Below, piece by piece: positions 38,061 to 51,431 of a DNA stretch of 64,000 nucleotides. The stretch's first letter is position 1. Every line of letters begins with the position of its first letter. Made by a program: the position numbers and the translations under genes. This DNA comes from Vicugna vicugna (lineage: Eukaryota), in assembly GCA_013265495.1 (NCBI GenBank), contig MU061579.1, forward strand, positions 6,362,124-6,426,123. The letters are read 5' to 3'. The notes beneath the pieces are model-generated. The model did not search any database. It worked only from the letters and a program-made list of their open reading frames with translations, and had not been told where the DNA came from.

Positions 38061-39339
38061 CATGGAATTATAAGACTTATTTTTCAATGAAGTCATATCT
38101 TTGATCAGAGTTACAACAATCACCAATTCTATTAATACTTCAACGTGTATAGTTCTTGTTCTTACCAACATTTTGGGAGATACATTTATAGGACAAGAAA
38201 TCAGAGTTCTATATTGATGGCTATAATTAATACTTCATGGAATGAACATTTAAAACACATATTAAACTTTTGTTTAGAGCAAAAAGTTCTTAGAATTGTT
38301 TTTTTATAATAGAACACAAAACAACTCAGTTTACTGGATGGAATTATTCCTAAATCCAACAGGTAGAATGCGCATTCAAAGTAAAGCTTTTCTGAGTATC
38401 TACTGAAGCTGCAGGGAAGGGAAGGGAGAAGAAACTCCCAGCTACGGCACAGCGTGCCTGTCTGTAATGCAGTGCTGGCAAATCAACATGAGAATTCTTG
38501 ACACTCATTTTTGCTAAACATCATCAATATCAGCACAGACCTGGGACCCAATGTGCTGAATATCATTTTGTTTCAACCTCTATATAATAATTATAAATTA
38601 ACTAGGAAGAGGGAGTAGAAAAGAGATAAGTAAAAGATAAGAATTTGTTTTTTCATACTATTGTAATGAAAAAAATCTTTACCTGCTTCTCAATTCTCAC
38701 CACATATATTTAAAACTAACCAACTATTCATAATTTTGATAAAATGATGTTTTAAAACACTCTCTCACAGAAGATGTACTCTGAATTCTCGTTAAATAAC
38801 TAGGCCTCCTTTCCTTCATGAATAAAATCTGAATAAATTTAATTAGTACTGAGAGAATTCTAGCTCAAAATTGTTGTTATTTCTGTTTACTTCAATGACA
38901 ATGGACTATGAAAAGGGACATAGAAGTACTAATTTTCTAAAAAATATATGTACAATTTTTATTATTAGAAATAATATTAAACTACCAACTAAGAACTTAA
39001 TTAATCTTTAATGCATTCATGCTAATCTGGGTTTTGAATTTTCTTTAAGAATATCTTTTTTAAAAAAAATCAAAATACTTTCTAATGAAGACGTAAGTAA
39101 ATATATTAAGATTGGCAAGCTTTTGAAAAATGTACTAGGAAACTGCAATTTTAATTTAGTCTTATATTATTCTTTTAACTATTTCAAATAGTGTCACCAA
39201 AAGGAATACCAAAGAACATTAAGTACTGATGGCTACTGAAAAGGTATTATTTAGGCTCATTACCTTTCATCTATTTCTAGGGCTCTGAAATATCTGTTTT
39301 TAAACATTCTGTCTACTTCTAAAGCCATTTTCTGTAGAA

Positions 39340-39790
39340 AGGCTATGCCAGCTTCCTCACTTTGCTGTATTAGACATCCCATCTATCCACACTATTTTGT
39401 AAGGGTCAAGAAGACAGTTCATCAGTTTTGTTTTAGGATACCTCTGCTAGCAGCGAATGCTGGGTCAGACTGGACCAGTTAGGAGGCACTGCCTATGACC
39501 AGAGAAGAGTTTATGTACCTCAACCTGGGCAGCAAAGTGAAATAGGTCTGGATTCAAAGGACATTTGCAAGTTTCAGAAGTACAATCAATGGAACTGGAT
39601 TATTGGATGTGGGCTGTGAAGACAAGAAGCACGAATGTTGCCTTTAGATTTTTAGCTTATATGACTGCACAATCAGAGCTCTGTTAGTTCAAAAAATATT
39701 TATTTATCTTCTATTTTGTGCCAAGAGCTTAGCTAAGCATTAGGGATATACGATAAACAAAATGATGCTGTCCGTATTTTCTGCTTGCAT
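39340..39790 (-). mobile_element. L2 fragments
   Basis: 'gaccagttaggaggcactgc...ttggatgtgggctgtgaag...ttagatttttagctt'. Confidence 0.55.
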
Positions 39791-41685
39791 CTACCAATGT
39801 CGTCATCAAATAAAATAAGAAGCTGATAAATCATAATTATTTTGTTGACATAATAAATTGGGCAGCTTTCATCAGAAATCTTGATGAATCTCAAGGTACC
39901 AGGTATGGAAATAAATGGAACCAAACTGTAAGAGGTAGTAATGATTGCTTCTTTCCACATGGGGGCACTTTTAAACTCAGAAACTTTTAGTTCTCTGCCC
40001 TTGTCCAAGCCTCATATGCTCTTAAGAGCAGAATGATTGTGGATGTTTGTGTTAATCCTTAGTATTTTTTAATGTCTTCTTTTTGAGGAAAACAAACAAT
40101 GAGCATCTTTTCTTTGAAATCATTGCCAGAAATGATATCTTTTGAAAACACAGCCTCTTTCTCCTCCATTTTTCTTCCTATGATTCTAAAAGTCTGTACA
40201 AAGAAGCAAACTTGGCATGTGTTCAGTTTTTTCCTTTTCCATTTGCTCCTCAATTATTGAGAAAATTTAGACAGGTAACTGAGAGCTGGCATTCACATAA
40301 GAGCTTGAATTTCCCCCGTGACCTAAAATGCTTGTAGTCAGTAGACAGCTTTTGAGGAAAATGTGCACAATTTGAGTGCTTTCTTGACAATTGCAAAGAA
40401 TTCTCTAATCTTGAATTCTGACTTTGATAAAGGAAGACTATCCTTAGACTCTGGCAAAATAATGGGCTGTTTCTTAAAAAGAAATGTGTCATTAAATAGT
40501 AGCTTTTCATTAAATGTGTTTATATACTCATTTCTAGTCATAATGTGAAGGAAAAAAATTTATCACCTACCTTATTGATATAAAAAATTTCATCATCTTA
40601 TCTTTCTATTAATATTTTGCAGGGGTTTTTTTTCACCATATGTGATATGAAATTCTTTCTTACTGGAAATTGATATACAATTACTTGCAGAAATATCTAC
40701 TGTGATTTCTACAGTTTTGTAATCTAGTCTGTAATTTTTTTATATTTATACATATATATGTTAAATATAAATATATTTATTTGTTAAATATATTTATATT
40801 TATATATATACCTATATTTGTTAAATATACATTTTTCTGAGAGTTAGTTATACCCCATCCCTTTTTTCTTCTGAATGGAGGTAGAACAGAAAAAAAATAG
40901 GATAATTTTTATTTAAATTGAGGTTCTGACATGTGTCTTCTTCAGAGTTTTGAGTGAATTGTACAAGTTAAGAAAAGTGATTTATCAAGTTTAGAAAATG
41001 AAATTAATCTACTAAACCTAGACTCTAAAATTCTGTGATTTAATTATTTTTATTTAATTTATTAGAAATGAGTGAGAAAGTTTCTTAAACATATCTGTCC
41101 CAATCTAACCATATGCTTTTTCAATTGAATAGTCTTCTATACTTTTATTCTAAGAATGTAATACTGTCCAAAGCACGCTTGGCACTCTTTTGGAACATCT
41201 TCAAAGACTAGAGAGAATTATTTTGGAAATCTGCAGCTACAGAAAGTCTCAGAGAATGAACTGAACTTTTGGAAGGCATCACATTTCTTCAGAGTTAAAT
41301 ATGCCAAACAGGGTATATGAGATCATCCATATCTAATTCACTGTCCCACTTTTCTCTATCCCCATGCTATTTTCATTTTTATTGGTTTTTATTATATTTT
41401 ATCATGTTTTATCATGACACTATATACGTAAATTATTTTTAACATTTAATCTAGCATCTCTACTTCCCTACTAGATGGTAAACACACTGAAGTCAAGGAC
41501 CATCATCCTGATTTATCAGAAATTTCCTGGAGCTTGCCAAAACTTTCTTGATGTTCAGATGCATCAGGTAGTTTTTTGATTTTATGTAATTTAGAAAATA
41601 CAGTTGGAGACTTGCATTCATCTGGACTGATAGCCTCCATGTATGAAGTACAACTATCAATATGGGATCTCCGATCCATTGCTAC

Positions 41686-42172
41686 TGTGAACGAAAAATA
41701 CTGCAAACCATATCAGTAAACAAAACTGCTGACACCATCAGGCCATCAGCGGCTGCCGCCTTGCCCCAGGGAAGACAAGCCTGCAGCCCAGCCTCTGCAG
41801 CCACTCACATTGGTGCCTCCTGAGGGGACTCAGAATAAGAAAAGACAGGATACTGGCCCTAGATAGCTAGATGCTTGTCAAAGGAATGAATTCAATGAGC
41901 CCAAATGTTTGGTTCCTCCCATACATACAAAAGTGCTAAATTCTTTAACTTAAGATGTCTGGTTTTCTTTAGTTAACAAGTAATCTTTTAATGTTCCAAC
42001 TACCTGGTCTTTGTTGTAAAGCTCTGAAATATCCTAGCTCCTCCCCCACCTCTTCGGAGCAGTCCCTCAGAGTGATCTGAGAGGCTGTCATCCTAGACTG
42101 AGCCCTCAGAATTGTCCACCGAATAAAACATAACTCTCAACTTTTAAGGTTTTGCATTTATTTCAGTTGACC
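41686..42172 (+). mobile_element. ERV1-class solo LTR of cetartiodactyl type
   Basis: TGTGAACGAAAAATA...TTTCAGTTGAC with imperfect inverted termini; AATAAA at 42122-42127; 'cctcttcggagcagtccctcagagtgatctgagaggctgtc'. Confidence 0.8.
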
Positions 42173-42411
42173 CCATCATCCTGAAACTTCCTTTGCTTCT
42201 CAGATATATCCCCTCATTTCCATATCTTCTGTCTTCCACTTACTCAATTTCCTCCTTCATTTTGGTAGAAGCTTCCCAAGAAAGGGTACATGGGAGGTAA
42301 ATTTTTCTAGAACATGCATGTCTTAAAAATGTCTATACTGTGTCTTCAGGATGTTTAAGGTTTCTCTCTGGTTTCTGTTTGCCTTGCTTTGCATAAAACC
42401 ATTAAAAATTA

Positions 42412-42950
42412 ATTTTTTAAACAAAATTTATTGAGGTAACACCGGTTTATAACATTACATAACTTTCAAGTGTCCAACATTATATTTCAACTTCTATATA
42501 CGCTACAGTGTGCTCATTACCAAGTTTAGTTTCCATTTGTCACCGTATAGTTGATCCCCTTTACTCATTTCACCTTCCCCCAACCATGTTTCCCTTGGGA
42601 ACCACCAATCTGTTCTCTGTATCTGTTAGGTTTTGTTTGGTTTGTTCATTTTATTCCACATATGAGTGAAATCATGTGGTACTTGTTTCTCTCCATCTGA
42701 CTTATTTCATTTAGCATAATACCCTCTGGGTCTATCCACATTGTCACAAATAGCAAGATTCATCTTTTTATGGCTGAGTATTATTCCATTGTACGTATTT
42801 ATACATCAAGAAGATGTGATATATATACACATATATATAAATCCATTGACAGGCACTTAGGTTCTTTTCATATCTTGGCTATTGTAAATAATGCTGCTGT
42901 AAACACAGGCATGCAACTATCTATTTGAATTAGTGTTTTTGTATTTCAAA
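42412..42950 (-). mobile_element. LINE-1 3' end (laurasiatherian type)
   Basis: 'tttattgaggtaacaccggtttataacattac...attccacatatgagtgaaatcatgtgg...tttttatggctgagtattattccattgt'. Confidence 0.88.
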
Positions 42951-43049
42951 GAATATGAAAACATCTAAATCTTCTTTCTGTCAAAGCTAGACAAACAGAA
43001 TCTTGTCTCAACACTCTTTTTTTTTTTTTTTTTTTTTTATTGTTACAAG

Positions 43050-43720
43050 GACTTTGAGTTACCTGTTTTTCTTCCACGCTTGTGGACATTTTATGGGCTC
43101 TTTCACCTGAAAATTCACATTCTTCAGTTCTTAGATATATTACTGAAACTTTTTTTGATGATTTCATGCTCTCTGTTTTTTCTTTTCCTTATTTCTGATA
43201 ACCCAATGAAAGATTCTCTGGATTTGTTCTCTAACTACTTCTTTTTTTTATCATCATCTTCTTTTTTAATCTTTTAATGTTTTGTTCTATTTTCTGGCAA
43301 TTTTCCTCAACTTTGTTCTTCAATTTTCTTTTGAGTCTTCCTTTTTCCTATCATTGTATTTTTAACATTCTAAGATTCTTCTGTTATCTGAATCTACCCT
43401 TTTTATTAAATCTTCTGTTCTTTCTCATGAATGTGATACCTTTTCTTATTTTTTACAGAATATGATAGTTTCTTTGCTTCTTTTCCCATTTTTAGAAATT
43501 ATTCTCTCCCAGGTTAGTATCTATCTGTTCCCTTCTAATAGTTTTTTTTGGTTGTTTGTTCTGTTCATATCTGTCATAATAAAAATTTCCATGTATATTC
43601 AATGACTCCTATTTGTCTATTTATCCTTAAGAAAGGGCACTAAAAGCTGGTTGGAAGTTTTGAGAATATATAGAGCTTGTTGCTTTTTGCCTTCACTTGA
43701 AAATGATCTGATTGGGCCAT
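43050..43720 (-). mobile_element. Old L1ME/HAL1-like fragment
   Basis: T-rich antisense ORF1-like sequence 'gggctctttcacctgaaaattcacattcttcagttct'. Confidence 0.55.
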
Positions 43721-43759
43721 TATATTGTAAACAACATTAATGCCAATGCTTGTCTACAC

Positions 43760-44289
43760 TGTTGAGAGTTTAGCTAAGCTTCTCCATTGAATTGCTGCAG
43801 TGGCATCTATTTTGTTTGGCCAAGTAGCTTGCAGGGATCAATGTAAGCACATGCTCTAGATTGTAGCCTGCAGACTCACAAGTGAATGGAAGTTCCTGAT
43901 GTGACTTTCCCAGCAGCCCTTGTGATTAGTGGTCTCCCCTGCTTCCCACTGCCTTCCCTTTATATGTCCTTACATTAGACCCCAGCAGTGTTTACCAGCA
44001 CCCTGCTCTTTTGGTTTGAATTGATCAATCCAGCCCAGCCTGGGAACCCCAAAGCACTCTCCCCATTGACCCTAATAAAGGCTTGTGTCTCAAGTCCTGC
44101 CTTTCTCTCTGTCTGCACTCAGCCTTGACTTTCCCATGTGGCTCCTCGAAGCATATGCTGCACTTCATCCAGGACCTGGTGAATAATCTTCTCAATTTTA
44201 ATTTCTCTTGTGGTCTGTTGTTGAACTGTAGCTAACTCCTGGCATCCTGTACTCTACTTAACAAATGTTAATTTAGCTTAGTCATAACA
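43760..44289 (+). mobile_element. ERV solo LTR (about 530 bp)
   Basis: TGTT...AACA termini with an imperfect inverted repeat (TGTTGAGAGTTTAGCTAA / TTAGCTTAGTCATAACA); GC-richer than its flanks; internal 'ctaataaaggc'. Confidence 0.65.
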
Positions 44290-44809
44290 CACATATATTC
44301 ATTTACCACATATATACTGTTATTTATAAATTGGAAACATACACTTCTGGATCCTGCGATTATAGTAACATTATCTTATGAGAATTATGTAAAATTATTC
44401 AAATATTACTTGAAATATGATAATTGGTCTATAGGATTTCATGGTATGAACTGAATATATGTGCTTTTATAGTTGCGTAGAGGGAGACACAATCACCTGT
44501 AACCTCCTTCTGAGCTCTCTCTTCTCTGACCACCCTCGCCACATTCTAACAAGATACTTTACCCCATTTGTATCAATCAATGCAGAGTCAAATATCAAGT
44601 GTCAGGTTCATAGGCTGTATTGGAGCATCAATAAACACACAACAAAAACGAATTATGAGAACAGAAACTGGAGACAAAAGAAATGATTCTGGAATATAAT
44701 TTGAAGCTTATTAGGGTGAGGTATGAGAATAACGAGAATGAACAATTTGAAGGACTTAGAAACTCCTTTATCAAAAATAAGTTTTAAAATTATTTGAGGC
44801 ATTTTAGGA

Positions 44810-45050
44810 TATGAGTAGAAACACAGGCTTGGAGCCAGACAGACTGGGTTCAAATCTAACTGTCGCTTATTCATTACTGGATGTTGAAAAATTCATTTAA
44901 CCCTCTAAGATGGTTTCCTTAATTATTAAATGAAAATTACGTAGTACCTAATTTGTAAGATTACTGTGAAAATTAAAACAGAGAATGGATTTAAGTTGTT
45001 TATCATAGTGCCCACTCAAGTATTTATTCAATGAATGTTAATTTTTATGA
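44810..45050 (+). mobile_element. MIR SINE
   Basis: 'aggcttggagccagacagactgggttcaaatct...tttaaccctctaag...agtacctaatttgtaagattactgtgaaaattaaa'. Confidence 0.82.
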
Positions 45051-46692
45051 TTACACATTAATAAATACATGCTTCTTATATAAGATTGCAAGAATACAGG
45101 AAAGTATAAAGGAGAGAAGTACTATATGATCCAAAGATAGCCATGCATCACTAATCTACACACAGGAACAGCTTTTCCCCTTTGGTTGGTGAGAGTCCTA
45201 AGAGAAAGACCTTTAGTGTCTTGGGAGAGATAGGCTGGCCGAATTCTGGGAAACTGTGGGGCAAGACATCTACAAATGTCAGGATTCTGTATACAGTTGT
45301 TCTTCTGTCTACTTTCTTTCAGCATAGGAACCCTGCTTGCATCAGTGACTAGTATCTCTCAGTTCAGAGTATCTTTGTTTTACCTTCTCTATGGAGTAAA
45401 ATTCCAGTTTTCTCGAAGTGGATCAACAGTCACCCCATTACAGAGAGAGGAAGATTTCTTACCAGGATTTTTAAGCAGATTTATTCAGAACTTTGACCAG
45501 AGTTCCAGGAAACATTGGCAAAGAGCCCAAGGATAGAAGCCCAGTACTGTCCACTGTATTAACTCTTTTTATTCATTAGCACAGATTTCCATTTGTTCTT
45601 TTCCAAATCCCCAACTTCTTACCACCTCCAGATTGCCCACGCACCCAATTTTGCTAAGTCACTGTATTTTCCCATTCTGGGTATATTCTCATGAAACTGT
45701 TCCTCCTCCTAAAAAAGCAAAGCAAACACATGATTTCTTTTATTTCAGGGCCCTGTTCTCAGCTAGATAATTAATGAATAAGCTACTATATCTTATCCAT
45801 TATGCTTATTATTGCTTAGATTTTGTTCATAACATGAGTGGGTACAGGTATAAGGATTTTGAACTTTAGTAACATTTGCCAATACAGACTCAGCAGAAGC
45901 AAAAATTGTAGAAAGGACCGTTGCTACTCTTGCTTCAGTTGAATAAACAGTCCAACAATGGGCAGGGGGTGAGGGAAACTCAAGCAGAGTTCAGGTTCGC
46001 ATTTGACATGGTGAGACAGGAGAGTGACGGTGAGACAGGAGAGTGACAGTGTACAGCAGAGTGTGGGCATCCAGCCCATTCAAAAGGCATGGCCAGGAGG
46101 TAGACACAGATGGCAGGTGGTGATGTACCAGGTCAGACAGATGTCACAGCTGTGAAGCCAGGTGCTTTATCCATTTTACAGCCAGGGAATGGAGCAGAGC
46201 AGGAGTGAGAGTCAAAGCAGTTGTTAACTGTTAGGCTAAGTGTCAGAGCTCCATCCGCATGGATGCAGAGCTGAAGAAGATTCCACATCATTCGGGCATG
46301 GATTGGAAGGCAAGGGGAGCAAACAGGAAGTGTGGTGACTTACAGACTCTATGCTATTCAAAGAGCACCCTGGCACTACAGGGATTAGCTACAAGACTAT
46401 TTCTAAACACTGCAGAAAGTTTCTCAAAGTGGACCCTGAACTAGGATCATAAGTAAGGTAAATGCGGCAGAAGACATATTCTGTTCTTTCTGTCTGGCTA
46501 GAGAGCTCATGAGTTGCTTCTCTCACAGAAAATAATGCAGGTATGCCAATCAGTAGTAGAGAATCTGGGGTTGTATGTTATCTGAGAAGTGAGGTATCAT
46601 TCATATATCCTTCCATTAGAAATAAATGAATGGGCTAAAATAACTTACAGGTGGCATTTAAAGCTATATAACTATGCAGTTATACTTAAGAA

Positions 46693-48425
46693 CTTTATTC
46701 TATCAAAGTATACTTGATTTGCAGTATTATATTAGTTTCAGGTGTACAATATAGTGATTCACTATTTTAATAGCTTATACTCCATTTAAAGTTGTTATAA
46801 AATACTGGGTATTTCACCTATGCTGTGCATTATTATATCTTTATGTCTTCTTTATTTTATACATAGTAGTTTTTGTCTTAATTATTTTATACATAGCCTC
46901 TTAATCCCCTCCCCCTATCCTGATGCTCCCTCTATACCTCTCCTCACTGGTAACCACTAGTTTGTTCTCTGTATCTGTAATTCTGTTTATGTTTTGTTAT
47001 ATTTATTCATTTGATTTGTTTTTTAGATTCCACATTTAAGTGAAAACATACAGCATTTGCCTTTCTCTCTCTGATATATTTCACTAAGCATAACACCCTC
47101 CAGGTCCTCCCAAGTTGCTGCAAATAGCAAATTTCCATTCTTTTTTATAGCTGAGTAATATTCCACTGTATATGTATACCAAATCTTCTTTATCCATGAT
47201 CTGTCGATGGACATTTAGGTTGCTTCCATACCTTGGCGATTGTAAATAATGTTGCTCTGAACATTGGGATGTATGTATCTTTTAGATTTTGTGTTTTTGT
47301 TTCTTTCTGGATATATACCCAGGAGTGGAATTGCTGGGTCTAATTTTAGTTTTTTGAGAAATGTCCATACTGTTCTCCACAATGGCTGTGCCAATTTACA
47401 TTCCCAACAAGAGTATACAAGGATCCCCTTTTCTCCACTCCTTGCCAACATTTGTTATTTATGTTCTTGTTTTTTAAATTTCAGAGTTTTCATGTATGTT
47501 TTTAGTTGAAGCATAGTCAGTTTACAATGTTGGTCAAATTCTGGTGCACAGAATAATGTTTCGGTCATACAAATATATACATTTATTCATGTGTTCTTTT
47601 TGATGATAGCCATTCCTACAGGTATGAGATGATATCTAACTTGTTTTGATTTGCATTTCCCTGATGATTAGTGATGTTGAGCATCTTTTCATATACTTCT
47701 GTGTCTTCTTTGGAAAAATGTCTATTCAGGTCTCCTGCCCATTTTTAAATTGGTTTGTTTGTTTTTTTGACATTGAGTTGTATAAGCAGTTTATATATTT
47801 TGGATATTAATCCTTTATTGGTCATATTATAGCAAATATTTTCTCCCCTTCAGTAGGTTGTCTTTTTGGTTTGTTGATAGTTTCCTTTGCTGCACAAATG
47901 CTTTTTAAGTTTAATTCGGTTCTATTACCTTATTTTTGCTTTTGTTTCCTTTGCCTTAGAAGACAGATCCAAAAAAAATTATTGCTACAATCTATGTCAA
48001 AGAGTATTCTGCCTATGTTCTCTTCCAGGAGTTTTATGGTTTCAAGTCTTAAATTCATTTTGAGTTTATTTTTTTAAATAGTGTGAGAAAATACCCTAAT
48101 TTGATTCTTTCATATGTAACTGTCCAATTTTCCAACATCACTTATTGAGGAGACCATCTTTTCCCCCATTATATATTTTTGCCACCTTTTTCATAGATTA
48201 ATTGACCATAAGTGCATGCATTTATTTCTGGGGCTCTCTATTCAGTTCCATCGACCTATTGTGTCTGTTTTGTGACAGTATCATACTGTTTCAATTACTG
48301 TAGCTTTGTTGTATAGTCTGAAGTCAGGAATTGTGATACCTCCAAATTTGTCCTTTTTTTCTCAGGATTGCTTTGGCTATTTAGGGTCTTTTGTGGTTCC
48401 ATATAAATTTTAGGATCATTTGCTC
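46693..48425 (-). mobile_element. LINE-1 3' ~1.6 kb (cetartiodactyl type) with a nested L1 tail
   Basis: Antisense 3'UTR plus ORF2; the ORF track shows the ORF2 C-terminus '[42 protein letters not shown]' (47215-47451). Confidence 0.93.
47469..47590 (-). mobile_element. Short younger L1 3'-terminal insertion
   Basis: 'ttgaagcatagtcagtttacaatgttggtcaaattctggtgcacag...gtcatacaaatatatac' is the reverse complement of the 3' terminus type seen at 27640-27715; flanked by TGTTCTT repeats. Confidence 0.75.
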
Positions 48426-49119
48426 ATTTACTTTAGAAACTTTTGATTAATGCAACCTCATGCCAAAGATCCAACTATTTTTCAGTTGAATTTTAATAAT
48501 GAGAATAAAATGAGTTGCAAAAGTAACATGAGTCAAAGTAATTTAAAACTCAAATATGTTGCTGTAGTTTACTAACATAGTTCAGCTTGATTTTTTTCTA
48601 TAAAAATAATACAAATAATGAGTTACTTCCTTGACTCAAAGCTGACAGGGCAATAATTTGCAAAAACTTTGATTATGAGAACTGTTTTCTTTTTTGTTGT
48701 AAACATAAAGCACGAATATCAGCCCACCAGAAAATTACTCAATTTGTTCAGTCTAAGAGCTTTCTTCATTTTAGATTCAATGGGATAGGTTAGCAAGAAT
48801 TCCTTTTGGCCAAAGATTTATGCCCAGAAGTCAGTTTGGCACTACAAAAATGTTTTATATTAACATTTTTAAGTCAGTAAAGTGACCATAAAAGTAAATA
48901 TACAAAGTACCAATCAGTAAATAAAATGGAGTTGTCATATATAAACATATACAAGTAATAAAGTTAAAGAATAATAATATTTGGCATCTTACCAATTGTA
49001 ACACTTTCAAAACCAAGTTTTCAGCTGTATTATTTGCCTCTATGTAATTAACTATGTAGTAAACTGTAGTTAACTAGAATTAATGCAAATACTACTTGAG
49101 ACTAGAAAAATATATTTTC

Positions 49120-49420
49120 TAGAGCATCTGGAAAACAATCAGTAAAAGCTACATGTATATAATGAAATGCTATGTGGCAAGTAAAAAAGAATAGAGTATG
49201 TTTATATGTGTCTACATGAAAAGATACTGAAAGCATATTTTTGGGTATGAAAAGATTGCAGAAACATATATAGTATATTTTTTGTAAAAGAATGTGTGTA
49301 TTTCTACACTTGTAGGTTTGTCTGTGAGAACAGTCACTCAAACGTTAACTGTGGATAGGCTGGGTAATGGGATCTTAGGGAATTTAAATTTTCTTTCTAT
49401 AATTTCCCATATTTCATTGA
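49120..49420 (+). mobile_element. Old L1ME-type 3' fragment
   Basis: 'ataatgaaatgctatgtggcaagtaaaaaagaatagag...acatgaaaagatactgaaagcatattt'. Confidence 0.6.
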
Positions 49421-50017
49421 TGTTCTGCTTCTAAGTCTCCTAAAATAAGCAGCTTTATCCTAAAAGCCAAGGTTTAAATAAACAAACAAAAAAATTAATC
49501 CAACAAACCTCAAAAACTTATCATTTTGGAAGATACAAAGAGGTCATCACACTTCAGGGCAGCCTCCTCTCGGAGGCAGCAGCATCTACTCAACTCAAAA
49601 TCTTGGGCTCTGATGGGGAAATGTACTCTTTGTGTTTCTACTCTTATTGCTTCAGCATAAAAGTGCCTCCCGGAATGTTAACCTATGCCCAAATATTAAG
49701 AGAGCTTCTGTAGACAATTCCTTAGGAAGCACGTGGAAATGTGCATTAGTAGGATCCTCACAGTCCTCCAAACTTCCAGGCATTGGGGCCCATAATGTAA
49801 ATGAAACCAGCATAATTAATACTTAATAGATGAACTTTTTTTTGCTTTTAGTAAGAAAGAGCTAGAGGATGACACTATCTCCATTTAATCCTCCTCTAGT
49901 GTACCCCATCACTACAGTGTTGTACCATGTTGATCAGTAATAGTGTGAATAAAAGAATATTTTACTTTCCTCCCACCAGAGAAATCTACTTTTTTTTTTC
50001 AAGCCTGCAAATTATAT

Positions 50018-50125
50018 TTGCAGGGCCTGGGACAAAAGTACAAATGGAGAGTAAATACATCAATATGTCTAAATAATAAAAAGTTATCAAACTAACAAAC
50101 TGTTAAATAAAGTATTTAACAGTTA
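50018..50125. mobile_element. hAT-Tip100-like DNA transposon fragment (MER115-like)
   Basis: 'gggcctgggacaaaagtacaaatggag...atatgtctaaataataaaaagttatcaaactaacaaactgttaaataaa'. Confidence 0.5.
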
Positions 50126-50299
50126 TATTGTTAGGAATACTTTAACAGTATAAGGTGCCCCTTGCCCACCAATAAACCTCCTGCATTAAGTTTTGTCTCA
50201 GATTGTTTCCTAGAAAGCCCAGACTGACTTACCCAGCAGGGTCAGAGTAGGGCCCTTCTTGCCGGGATCTAAGGTTCTTATTAAGGCATTTACCTAACC

Positions 50300-50480
50300 T
50301 TAAATAGCACCCATAAGAATCACCTGGTCAGGTGCCTGAGTATGAGCATCATGGGCTCACTCCCAGAGATCCTGATTTGTGATCTGGAATGCAGCTGATA
50401 AGCCTGAAGTTTGAGCAAATATCTAAGATGATTCTGTTGCACGTGATCTTCGGATTCAACTTGAATGACATTTCACTGTG
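50300..50480. mobile_element. MER5-like MITE
   Basis: 'cataagaatcacctgg...tgggctcactcccagagatcctgattt...gatgattctg'. Confidence 0.6.
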
Positions 50481-50779
50481 GGAAACATACTCTTTCTGCA
50501 GTTCAGTTGCTACTAGGAGAGAAAAGGATTCAAGAGCCTTTTTTTTTCCTGTTGTTCCTCAGGTCAGGGAGGAACACACTGTTTATTGCTTCATACATAA
50601 GAGCAGGTAATGTAGCATGAAGCACAGGGAGAAAAAACCCAGAGCAACATAAAACAAAAAACGTGCCTTGCCTGCTCAGCAAGCTTGGGGTGCTGCCGTC
50701 ACTACTCTGTTAACATTCACAACACTCTCCACCTTGGCCTGACCTAGCACCTTTTTCTGTCTGCTTTTTCTCCCCCACA

Positions 50780-51012
50780 GTATCCACCATTCTCTACTAT
50801 ACTCCATATTTCACTTATTTAATTGTTATTGTCTACCTTCACCACTAGAAGTTAAGCTCCATGAAGACATGAAGGGCAGCCAGTTATCTGTGTCTGAAGT
50901 GGGCAGAAAGATACAGATTTCTCTCTGATTGCATGCTATATTTTCAGCCGCTGATGCAGTGTCTGACATACAGTAAGTGCTCAATAAATATCTGCTGAGT
51001 GAGTGAGTGAGT
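50780..51012 (+). mobile_element. L2 3' end
   Basis: 'cactagaagttaagctccatgaag...cagtgtctgacatacagtaagtgctcaataaatatctgctgagtgagtgagtgag'. Confidence 0.85.
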
Positions 51013-51275
51013 TAAATTCAGACGGGATCACAGAAAATAAGAAAATAAGCTGTAGAGATGCACTCAACAATGTTCTCCCCTTCCAAGGTATAAGAAGTCT
51101 TAAGCCATCCATCACTTTAGTGAAGTGGGTGTTCCAGAGCCCCGTCTTCCCAGAGAGGGACCCGAGGCTTGGAAGAAACGACAGGAGATCCTGTACAAGC
51201 AGCAAACAGGAACAGAGGTAGCCAGACACGGATTGTGAAAATCTGCCCTTTAACTCCTGAGCTTTTCAAACGCAG

Positions 51276-51431
51276 GAATTTGCAAGGGACCAAGCTGTAC
51301 AAGCCGGATGCAGGGATCATCACCAGACCCGAAGGAGAGCCGAGAACAACACAGACACAAGGGACGGCTGATGAAGTGCGTAGACCCAGAGTAGAAACAA
51401 TTGCCCCATGCCCAGCTCCTCGTGGCGATGG
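51276..51431 (+). other. Candidate exon (156 nt) of an unidentified transcript
   Basis: Acceptor cttttcaaacgcAG, donor TGG|GTAAAT; unique, purine-rich and CpG-retaining; one frame is open end to end. Confidence 0.3.

Noticed and set aside
37785..38171. 128-aa minus-strand ORF
   Set aside because: Mostly overlaps degenerate L2; no domain recognised.
39733..40548. Cluster of ORFs as a possible processed pseudogene
   Set aside because: Joining the frames gives no recognisable protein, and I found no poly(A) tail or TSD.
45300..45536. Strong polypyrimidine acceptor (tttctttcAG, 45322) followed by an open frame
   Set aside because: No convincing donor, peptide not recognisable, and such acceptors are common in T-rich DNA.
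50100..50122. 10-bp inverted repeat CTGTTAAATA-aag-TATTTAACAG (and an 8-bp stem at 21787-21806)
   Set aside because: Short AT-rich hairpins, too small for pre-miRNA; the first lies at a DNA-transposon fragment edge.
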